DNA of 30,410 nucleotides, taken from Pseudomonadota bacterium. Its GTDB lineage: Bacteria > UBA10199 > 2-02-FULL-44-16 > JAAZCA01. The notes below the pieces were generated by a model. That model was not told the DNA's origin and did not search any database. It saw only the letters and a list, made by a program, of their open reading frames with translations. A program made the position numbers and the translations under genes. Shown piece by piece: positions 9,893-17,171 of the stretch. The stretch is taken from assembly GCA_043798915.1 (NCBI GenBank), contig JAZDOG010000083.1, positions 1 through 30,410 of the forward strand, in the 5' to 3' direction. Position 1 is the stretch's first letter. Each line of letters starts with the position of its first letter.

Positions 9893-11449
9893 ATGGGCAT
9901 GAACATCAAGGACATCGAGATCAACGCGCAGTTTGCCGCGGCGCTCAATCTCATGGAGGAGGGCGGCAGGCCGCTCTTCATCACGGGGCGCGCGGGCACC
10001 GGCAAGTCGACGCTTCTCGAATATTTTCGCGCGACCACGAAACGGAAGGCCGTCATCCTCGCACCCACAGGCGTCGCGGCTGTGAACGTATCCGGCCAGA
10101 CGTTGCACTCCTTTTTTGGCTTCAGGCCCGACATCACCGTCGAGAAGGCCGCGGCTGCGGCGAAAAAAGCTGTCAAGGCCGGGCGCGCAGGCGTCTACCG
10201 GAAGATGGAGACGCTCGTTATCGACGAGATTTCGATGGTGCGCGCCGATCTCTTCGATTGCGCGGACGCGTTCCTCCGCACAGTGCGCGGGAGGCGCGCC
10301 GAGTCCTTCGGCGGCGTCCACGTCGCGATGATAGGAGATCTCTATCAGCTCCCGCCGGTCGTGACGTCTCACGAAGCCGGAATCTTTTCCAGCCACTACG
10401 CGAGCCCGTATTTCTTCGATTCGCATGCGTGCCGCGCGATGGAAGTGGAGATAGTCGAACTTGAGAAAATATACCGCCAGCGCGACGATCGCTTCATCGC
10501 CCTGCTCAACTCGATCAGGAACAACACGGCTGGCGAGGCGGAGATCGCCGCCCTCAACGAACGATGCGATCCCGATTTTGATCCGGGAGACGGGTCGTAT
10601 ATCCACCTCACGTCGCTCAACCGCGAGGCCGATGCGATAAATGAGAGGCGCCTCGATGCGCTGCCAGGAAAGGCCAGGCGTTTCGCGGCAGATGTTTCCG
10701 GCACCTTCGACGAGAAATCCTTTCCAGCTGGCAGCGAGGTGATCCTCAAATCCGGCGCGCAGGTGATGCTCCTCAGCAACGATCCGCTAGGCAGATGGGT
10801 CAACGGGACGATCGGAACGGTCAGGTCGGTGCGCGCCGATTCCGCGGATGTGAAACTGTCCGGCGGATCCATCGAAAACATCGGGCCGCACACCTGGCAG
10901 ATGTTCCGCTTCGGCCTGGACAAGGCGGGGAAGTCGATCGTCTCCGAGGCCGTAGGCAAATTCACCCAGATCCCGCTCGCGCTCGCGTGGGCGGTGACGA
11001 TCCACAAGGCCCAGGGCAAGACCTTCGACCGGGCGGTGATCGACATCGGCCGCGTGTTTGCCTGCGGGCAGACATACGTGGCCCTGAGCCGCGCCAGGTC
11101 CCTCGACGGAATAGTCCTCAAGTCCAGGCTGAAAAAGGGGCATGTCCGCGTGGACCCCAGGGTCGTCAAGTTCCTGACCTCGCACCACTATGCGATCTCC
11201 GAGAAGAAGATGCCTCTCGCGGACAAGATCAGGATGATCGAGGAGGCGATCGAAACCGGGAAGCTTCTCGAGATGTCGTATCTCAAGGCGAGCGACGTAA
11301 AATCCGCGCGCATCATAGAACCGCTGGAGGTCGGCGAAATGGAATATGCCGGCCGCGCTTTTCCCGGCCTCCGCGCGATCTGCAGGAAAAGAAACGAAGA
11401 GCGCGTATTCCGCGTCGACAGGATATTGGAGATGAAGATCCTCAGCTGA
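9893..11449 (+). CDS. Pif1/RecD-like SF1B helicase with C-terminal WYL domain
   Basis: ITGRAGTGKS, LAPTGVAA, IDEISMV, GDLYQLPPV, LAWAVTIHKAQGKT and GQTYVALSR. The C-terminal ~70 aa (IEEAI..G..LEMSY...R.IEP...LRAIC..RNEERVFRVDRI) fits WYL. Start taken at ATG 9893 or 9899 rather than the upstream TTG. Confidence 0.9.
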   Translation: MGMNIKDIEINAQFAAALNLMEEGGRPLFITGRAGTGKSTLLEYFRATTKRKAVILAPTGVAAVNVSGQTLHSFFGFRPDITVEKAAAAAKKAVKAGRAGVYRKMETLVIDEISMVRADLFDCADAFLRTVRGRRAESFGGVHVAMIGDLYQLPPVVTSHEAGIFSSHYASPYFFDSHACRAMEVEIVELEKIYRQRDDRFIALLNSIRNNTAGEAEIAALNERCDPDFDPGDGSYIHLTSLNREADAINERRLDALPGKARRFAADVSGTFDEKSFPAGSEVILKSGAQVMLLSNDPLGRWVNGTIGTVRSVRADSADVKLSGGSIENIGPHTWQMFRFGLDKAGKSIVSEAVGKFTQIPLALAWAVTIHKAQGKTFDRAVIDIGRVFACGQTYVALSRARSLDGIVLKSRLKKGHVRVDPRVVKFLTSHHYAISEKKMPLADKIRMIEEAIETGKLLEMSYLKASDVKSARIIEPLEVGEMEYAGRAFPGLRAICRKRNEERVFRVDRILEMKILS

Positions 11450-11465
11450 TTTGCTGCTAAACACG

Positions 11466-11682
11466 GCGAAAAACGAGGATGTGTAAGGCAGGGTCGCAGG
11501 TGCAGGGCGCACTTCGCTCGCTATTCCTCGCCAATAGGTCGTGTGGATTTGGAAACTTAAAGGCCGACAACGGAGGACATTTAAGTTTCCAAACCACTAC
11601 GACTTTTGACTTCGTCATACGCTCGTCTCGTAGACGCGCCTTAAGCACCTACGACCCTCCCTTACACATCCTCGTTTTTCGC
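11466..11682. repeat. Palindromic miniature element, copy 1 (217 bp; MITE/REP-like)
   Basis: Perfect 23-bp terminal inverted repeat GCGAAAAACGAGGATGTGTAAGG (11466-11488 / 11660-11682), extending imperfectly inward. Inner stem TTTGGAAACTTAAA/TTTAAGTTTCCAAA. Homologous in inverted orientation to 14092-14311. Confidence 0.9.
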
Positions 11683-11709
11683 TCCCTGAACCAGAAGATT
11701 ATTTTTTGT

Positions 11710-12564
11710 TTAATCCAGCAATAGCGCTTCCGTCAAGGTTGCCACCCAGCAATCAGGCTTTATCATTAATCTGTTGGTGTACCTGTCGTTGAAATATCGA
11801 TGGCGTTCAAGGTGTGTTGATGACGTAAAGATAAATTCCCAGCTAGCCGTTCGGGCAAACAGGCAGGCTGCAACAATATCAATTTCCCCAACCTTGTAAA
11901 ACCGCTGAGCTTTTGGATTTCCGTCAAGTGCATCAGTAGAGTTACGGGTCCTTTGGAAATCTATTGTCAGTGGGTGCTCATCAAACTGAGTCAGAAAGGG
12001 TTTTAGCTTGTTCCGGTCGACGTGCCTTATCTGCAGCATGCTTTCACTGAATTTGTAGCGTGGAAGACCAGATTCCCTCAAGTCTTGCGGCAGGAGAGCT
12101 TCGATGTGATCGATTATTTTTTTTGGACCCCCATCAAGACATCGGTCAGCTGCGCTCACATCAAGAGCACAATGTAATTCTGTGTTGGTTTTGGTAATTA
12201 GGTCACGCCATTGGTTTTGGTCTAGATAGTTGTGTCCAAGGAGAAACTTAAGATACTTTATTCTAAACTCACTCTTATTCGGATTATAAACCTGGACATT
12301 CTTACACTCGATGGCAATGTCGACATCATTTTGTAGCACGATATAGAAGTCTTTCTCAAAATCGCCACGACCGCGCCTGAACGATTTTATCCCTCCATCC
12401 TCACGATATTTCTCAAGAAGTATTTCGAGATGTTTTTCGGCGACGGCACCCCTCAAATTCATATATGCACGAGGATTTTTCTGAAGCACATCTGCAAGGT
12501 CCTTATCCGAAAGACCGGTCATTTCATACAATAACGACACGCTTCGCGGTTCACTTGCTTGCAT
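11710..12564 (-). CDS. Putative type II restriction endonuclease (PD-(D/E)xK-like)
   Basis: 284 aa, low GC. RGAVAE...DF...IECKN fits the E..D..ExK catalytic pattern. Lies downstream of an HTH gene and divergent from a C5 MTase. Confidence 0.65.
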   Translation of the reverse strand: MQASEPRSVSLLYEMTGLSDKDLADVLQKNPRAYMNLRGAVAEKHLEILLEKYREDGGIKSFRRGRGDFEKDFYIVLQNDVDIAIECKNVQVYNPNKSEFRIKYLKFLLGHNYLDQNQWRDLITKTNTELHCALDVSAADRCLDGGPKKIIDHIEALLPQDLRESGLPRYKFSESMLQIRHVDRNKLKPFLTQFDEHPLTIDFQRTRNSTDALDGNPKAQRFYKVGEIDIVAACLFARTASWEFIFTSSTHLERHRYFNDRYTNRLMIKPDCWVATLTEALLLD

Positions 12565-12793
12565 CGGGATTTATCTTCCATTCAAAAAAATCGATTGGAT
12601 TCAGATTTAGTGCCATTCCAACTTGAGAGATCGTTTCAAAAGTGGCATTGTAATCAGACCTCGAAGCAAGTGACTTGAGCGTATCCATCGAGATGCCAGA
12701 AGTCTTGCTTAGCTCCGCATAGGATAAACGGATTCCTGTTTTTGATTCATAATGATCCAAGGCAAGTTTTAGATCGAACCTTAATGTGTTCAT
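12551..12793 (-). CDS. Xre/Cro-type HTH protein, probable R-M controller (C protein-like)
   Basis: 80 aa; LSYAELSKTSGISMDTLKSL...TFETISQVGMALNLNP HTH. Overlaps the endonuclease start. Confidence 0.75.
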   Translation of the reverse strand: MNTLRFDLKLALDHYESKTGIRLSYAELSKTSGISMDTLKSLASRSDYNATFETISQVGMALNLNPIDFFEWKINPDASK

Positions 12794-12802
12794 AGTTGTC
12801 TA

Positions 12803-12819
12803 GTGTATTGACAATACAC
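12803..12819. promoter_or_regulatory. Perfect inverted repeat GTGTATTG-A-CAATACAC, candidate operator in the divergent controller/MTase promoter region
   Basis: 8-bp arms with a 1-bp centre. Contains TTGACA (+ strand, 12808-12813) and overlaps TACACT (- strand), which lies 8 nt before the HTH ATG. Confidence 0.65.
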
Positions 12820-12875
12820 CACTAATTATGTTCATATTGTGCACGAATCTCTTAACTTCTGCACGGGGAATTGTC

Positions 12876-14045
12876 ATGAAAAAAAGAAAAGTGATTAGCC
12901 TTTATACTGGCGCAGGTGGGCTTGATTACGGTCTTGAGGCTGCGGGTTTTGAAGTAGGTGTCGCTGTGGAAATGGATTCATTTTGCTGTAAGACAATTAG
13001 ACAAAATCGAGACTGGGCTCTAATCGAAAGTAAGATCGAAGATGTTGATTCAAAGCGTTTGCTTAAGCATGGAAACTTGAAGCTAGGCGAAGCAGATATC
13101 TTAGTTGGCGGTCCGCCTTGTCAGCCGTTCTCAAAATCCAGCTATTGGGTAAATGGTGACACGAAACGTTTGGATGATCCGCGGGCCAACACTTTGTCGC
13201 AATATATGAGAGTGTTAAATGACACACTCCCCAAGGCTTTCCTGCTAGAGAATGTCTTTGGATTGGCTTATAAGAATAAAGATGAGGGGCTCCAGTATCT
13301 ATTGGATGAGATCAAGGCGATCAATAAGAGGAGCGGTGTAAATTACTCAATCACTTGGAAGGTAATAAATGCGGCGGACTATGGGGTGCCGCAGATACGA
13401 GAACGCGTGTTCATGATTGGGCACCGAGAAGGAAAGGAATTTATATTTCCGCAGCCAAGGTTCAGGTCTCGCGATTCAGAACAAACGCTTTTTGATTCAA
13501 TTACAGAACCCTATCGAACTGCGTGGGATGCAGTTGGAGATCTTGATAATGATAGTGGTGCGATATCCGCGTGTGCCGTCGGTGGAAAATGGTCCGGTCT
13601 GTTGCCCACAATTCCTCCCGGAATGAATTATCTATGGCATTCGGAGAGGGGTGAAGGAAACCCAATATTTAAATGGCGGTCGAGATATTGGTGCTTTCTT
13701 TTAAAACTACATCCTGAATTGCCCAGCTGGACAATTCAAGCTCAACCAGGATCTGCAATCGGCCCCTTTCATTGGAATAACCGGCGGCTGACCATGCGAG
13801 AGATGGCTAGAATACAGACATTCCCGGATGATATTGAGATTATGGGAGGTATATCGCAGGTCCAAAAACAGTTGGGGAATGCGGTTCCATCAGCAATAGG
13901 AGAACTCCTTGGGAAGGAGATCCGAAAGCAGTTGTTTAAAGATGGCAATATTGATTCCGGGCAAACGCTTATACCACCAAAACGTAAGGGAATCCCCAAG
14001 ATTGATTACAAGAAATCCGTACCGCGAAAATACCTATTAGGGTGA
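12876..14045 (+). CDS. DNA (cytosine-5)-methyltransferase
   Basis: Motif I SLYTGAGG, IV GGPPCQPFS, VI ENV, VIII QIRERVF, IX R.LT.RE..RIQTFPD, X QLGNAVP. Start taken at ATG 12876 after GGGGA. Confidence 0.96.
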   Translation: MKKRKVISLYTGAGGLDYGLEAAGFEVGVAVEMDSFCCKTIRQNRDWALIESKIEDVDSKRLLKHGNLKLGEADILVGGPPCQPFSKSSYWVNGDTKRLDDPRANTLSQYMRVLNDTLPKAFLLENVFGLAYKNKDEGLQYLLDEIKAINKRSGVNYSITWKVINAADYGVPQIRERVFMIGHREGKEFIFPQPRFRSRDSEQTLFDSITEPYRTAWDAVGDLDNDSGAISACAVGGKWSGLLPTIPPGMNYLWHSERGEGNPIFKWRSRYWCFLLKLHPELPSWTIQAQPGSAIGPFHWNNRRLTMREMARIQTFPDDIEIMGGISQVQKQLGNAVPSAIGELLGKEIRKQLFKDGNIDSGQTLIPPKRKGIPKIDYKKSVPRKYLLG

Positions 14046-14091
14046 ATTGAATGTATCGTTCCGGGGACACGACACTTAATTCGGCCAAGGA

Positions 14092-14311
14092 GCGAAAAAC
14101 GAGTAGGTGTAAGGGAGCGGTCGTACGGTGCTAAAGGCGCGTCTACGAGACGAGCGTATGACGAAGACAAAAATCGTTGTGGTTTAAAACTTGAAGGCTG
14201 ACAGCGGAAGCCATTCAAGTTTTTGTAAACCACAACGATTTTTGACGAGGAATAGCGAGCGAAGTGCCCCCAGCACCCACGCCCGCTCCCTTACACCTTC
14301 TCGTTTTTCGC
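14092..14311. repeat. Palindromic miniature element, copy 2 (220 bp), inverted relative to copy 1
   Basis: Terminal IR GCGAAAAACGAG.AGGTGTAAGGGAGCGG / CCGCTCCCTTACACCT.CTCGTTTTTCGC. Inner stem CAAAAATCGTTGTGGTTTA/TAAACCACAACGATTTTTG. Shares GGCGCGTCTACGAGACGAGCGTATGACGAAG and CGAGGAATAGCGAGCGAAGTGC with the reverse complement of copy 1. Confidence 0.9.
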
Positions 14312-14319
14312 CAGCGTAG

Positions 14320-14457
14320 CTAAACCTCACCATTTATCTCCGCATCCAGTCTCTTAAAAAAATTCTGCCATAAACGCATGGCGGCCATCGGCGAGGCGCC
14401 GGTCTTCGCGCGTGAGTATTCGCTTGTAGGCGTGCTGGAGCTTGTGGAGGAATTCCC
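14320..14457 (-). pseudogene. 3' remnant of an HD-domain phosphohydrolase (YedJ-like C-terminus)
   Basis: Minus strand reads EFLHKLQHAYKRILTREDRRLADGRHAFMAEFF, then after a 1-nt shift in a T7 run KRLDAEINGEV*. This matches the EF..KL......T....LA..RH.FM..F tail of HD hydrolases. No 5' part is present. Confidence 0.65.
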
Positions 14458-15285
14458 TTACTTCTTTCCCTTCAGCCTCTTTCGGCCTTCCGGTTCCATT
14501 AGATAATTTTCACGGTTTGAGACCCGCTTTCCCGTCTCTTTCTCGAGTTTTGATCTGGCATCGCCGGCGATGCGGCCGCCCTTGTGTGCCGCAATCTTGC
14601 TTTCAGTTAGTCCCTGCGCGTCATGCTGCCGTGTGATTTCGGTCGTGGCCGCCTCGCCCAGCATAGAAAAGATCAATTCCAGATCATTCATGTGGTCACG
14701 CAGGTTTTCCCGCTCCAACCCCTTGAATTTTTTGTATTCGCCTGGCGTCATGCCGAAGGCGGCCTTGCTGATCTCAGCCGTGAGGATGGCGTATTCCGGC
14801 TCATCTTTGACTCCGCGATTCTTCCACTCATCGGTCAGCTCGGCGCGGACCGCGATACCGCGCATTCGTTTCTCGATCCATACGTCCGAATATCCCTTGG
14901 CCCTATAGAGGGCCTTGGTCCTCTTCGTTGCCAGCTCCGGATTTTCAATCTCCTGCACCCGTTCGTAGCCGACCTTCGCCAGCCAGCGCTTGAACGGTTC
15001 GGCCTTGGGGGAGGGGATGGACTGGATGATGCGGAAGATGCCTTCAGTGTTGGCACAGAGCATGTTCTGCGCTCCTCCGGGCGTATCAATGGAAAGGATA
15101 TGTACAATTTGTACCCACCCTTTTGCTAGTTCCGGATCGCGCTGTTTCATGCGCTGGATATATTGTTTTGGATCCCTTGAATCTATCAATGCCAAAACGA
15201 CATCTTCGATGACGAACCACCACACATTATTATGAAGTGTCCGGCGAATATTATTCCCCTTAAAGACTGCAAGATGGGTTTCCAT
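14458..15285 (-). CDS. Bro-N domain protein, copy 2
   Basis: 275 aa, ungapped with copy 1; about 82% identical by manual count (49 differences). Confidence 0.9.
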   Translation of the reverse strand: METHLAVFKGNNIRRTLHNNVWWFVIEDVVLALIDSRDPKQYIQRMKQRDPELAKGWVQIVHILSIDTPGGAQNMLCANTEGIFRIIQSIPSPKAEPFKRWLAKVGYERVQEIENPELATKRTKALYRAKGYSDVWIEKRMRGIAVRAELTDEWKNRGVKDEPEYAILTAEISKAAFGMTPGEYKKFKGLERENLRDHMNDLELIFSMLGEAATTEITRQHDAQGLTESKIAAHKGGRIAGDARSKLEKETGKRVSNRENYLMEPEGRKRLKGKK

Positions 15286-15334
15286 TTTAGCGTCTCCCGT
15301 TTGTTTGCCACTTTCTGTTTTTCATCTCTATAGC

Positions 15335-15396
15335 CACACCTGCCGTTCACATTGCAACGGACTATTTGAGGGTCGAAATTTTGTGGGGAAAAGGCG
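15335..15396. promoter_or_regulatory. Copy B of the duplicated palindromic motif (core 15343-15360) upstream of Bro-N copy 2
   Basis: CACACCTG-CCGTTCACATTGCAACGG-ACTATTTG...GGAAAAGGCG. On the minus strand TTGCAA is followed 19 nt later by TATAGA. Confidence 0.6.
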
Positions 15397-15407
15397 GTAT
15401 TGACGGG

Positions 15408-17171
15408 CTACGGCCGGTTTACTGTCAGGCCGAGCTCTTTGAGCTGCGCCTCTGAGACCGTCGAGGGTGCGTCGCACATGAGGTCGGCGGCGGTGGTCGT
15501 CTTCGGGAATGCGATCACGTCGCGGATGTTCTCCGTGCCGGCCAGCAGCATGACGAGCCGGTCTAGCCCGAGCGCCAGCCCGCCGTGCGGCGGCGCGCCA
15601 TACTCGAGCGCGTCGAGGAGGAATCCGAATTTGGCGCGCGCCTCCTCATCGCCGATGCCCAGCGCCTTGAATATCCTGCTCTGGGTTGCGCGGTCGTGGA
15701 TGCGGATGGAACCGCCGCCGACCTCGCTGCCGTTCATCACGATGTCGTAGGCGAGCGAGCGCGTCTTTGCGGGCTCGGAGTCCAGGAGGGCCATGTCTTC
15801 GGGATGCGGCGCGGTGAACGGGTGGTGCACCGCCATGTGCCTGTGTTCGTCGCCGCTCCACTCGAGGAGCGGGAAGTCCACGACCCAGAAGAGGTCCGTC
15901 TTCGTTTCGTCGACTAGCCCCAGTTTTTTCCCAAGATGCATGCGAAGATTTCCGAGCGCGTTGTCGGCGGTAGTGCGCTTGTCGGCCACGAGGAAGATCA
16001 CATCCCCGTCCTTCGCGTTCGCGACCTCCCTGACCTTGTTGAGTTCCGCATCCGACAGGAATTTTGCTATGGAGCCGCCCCATTTATCCGATGCCGCCTT
16101 GACCCAGGCGAGCCCCTTCGCGCCGAACGATTTTGCGATAGATTCCAGCTCGTCGACTTCCTTCCGCGAAAAATCGCGCGCGCCTGCGTTCAACCCCTTC
16201 ACGACCCCGCTGCCGTCGATCGCCTGGGCGAAGGCCCGGAAGCCCGAGCCGCGAAACGCCTCGGTGAGCTCGCACAACGTCCACGGCACGCGCCTGTCGG
16301 GGCGGTCGCTACCGTAGAGCGACATCGCCTGGGCATATGTGATGCGCTCGAGCGGCAATTTGATGTCGGTCCCCTTTATGTCATGCAAGAGCTTTGCGAA
16401 GAGGCCGTCGATGAGCCCCATGATATCATCACGGTTTATGAACGAAGCCTCTATATCGACCTGCGTGAACTCCGGCTGGCGGTCAGCGCGAAGGTCCTCG
16501 TCGCGGAAGCATTTGACGACCTGGAAATAGCGATCGAACCCGGCGACCATCAGGAGCTGCTTGAAGATCTGCGGGCTCTGCGGAAGAGCATAGAAGTGAC
16601 CGCGGCTGATCCTGGAGGGGACGAGATAATCGCGCGCGCCCTCCGGCGTGCTCTTCGTGAGGATAGGCGTCTCCATCTCGAGGAAGCCCTCGTCGGAGAG
16701 ATATCCGCGGACGATCTGCGCCACGCGGTGCCGGAGCGCGAGCAGGTTCTGGAGCTTGGGCCTGCGCAGGTCGAGATAGCGATATTTGAGCCGCAGCTCC
16801 TCGGAGGCGTCGGTATCGTCCTCGATGAGGAACGGCGGCGTCTTTGCAGGGTTGAGGATCGTGAGAGAATCGACCATCACCTCTATCTCGCCCGTGGCCA
16901 TCTTGGGATTGGCCTGCCCCTCGGGGCGCCTGGCCACCTTTCCCTCGATCTCCGCGACGAATTCATAGCGCACGCCCTCGGCAGTCTTCACGGTCTCGGG
17001 CGATGCGGCGGTGGGGTTCACGACGATCTGGGTCACTCCATAGCGGTCGCGGAGCCCCAAGAAGATCAACCCGCCCAGATCGCGGCGGCCACCCACCCAG
17101 CCCTGGAGCAGGACCCTCTTTCCCTCATGAGACGCGTTCAGTTCGCCGCAGGTGTGTGTTCTCTTTTTCAT
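15408..17171 (-). CDS. aspS: Aspartate--tRNA ligase
   Basis: 587 aa; RTHTCGEL, RLKYRYLDLRR, TPEGARDYLVPSR, LPQSPQIFKQ, FRDEDLRADRQPEFTQ and GAPPHGGLALGLDR. Confidence 0.99.
   Translation of the reverse strand: MKKRTHTCGELNASHEGKRVLLQGWVGGRRDLGGLIFLGLRDRYGVTQIVVNPTAASPETVKTAEGVRYEFVAEIEGKVARRPEGQANPKMATGEIEVMVDSLTILNPAKTPPFLIEDDTDASEELRLKYRYLDLRRPKLQNLLALRHRVAQIVRGYLSDEGFLEMETPILTKSTPEGARDYLVPSRISRGHFYALPQSPQIFKQLLMVAGFDRYFQVVKCFRDEDLRADRQPEFTQVDIEASFINRDDIMGLIDGLFAKLLHDIKGTDIKLPLERITYAQAMSLYGSDRPDRRVPWTLCELTEAFRGSGFRAFAQAIDGSGVVKGLNAGARDFSRKEVDELESIAKSFGAKGLAWVKAASDKWGGSIAKFLSDAELNKVREVANAKDGDVIFLVADKRTTADNALGNLRMHLGKKLGLVDETKTDLFWVVDFPLLEWSGDEHRHMAVHHPFTAPHPEDMALLDSEPAKTRSLAYDIVMNGSEVGGGSIRIHDRATQSRIFKALGIGDEEARAKFGFLLDALEYGAPPHGGLALGLDRLVMLLAGTENIRDVIAFPKTTTAADLMCDAPSTVSEAQLKELGLTVNRP

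Noticed and set aside
11466..11682. Palindromic elements as integron attC sites or a second CRISPR array
   Set aside because: No clear RYYYAAC...GTTRRRY ends, longer than typical attC, the two copies are inverted, no integrase is in view, and there is no repeat-spacer periodicity.
11457..11724. Small ORFs on both strands over palindromic element 1, and 14006-14233 over element 2
   Set aside because: The similar peptides (LHILVFR) simply mirror the inverted repeat; there is no RBS or protein-family signal.
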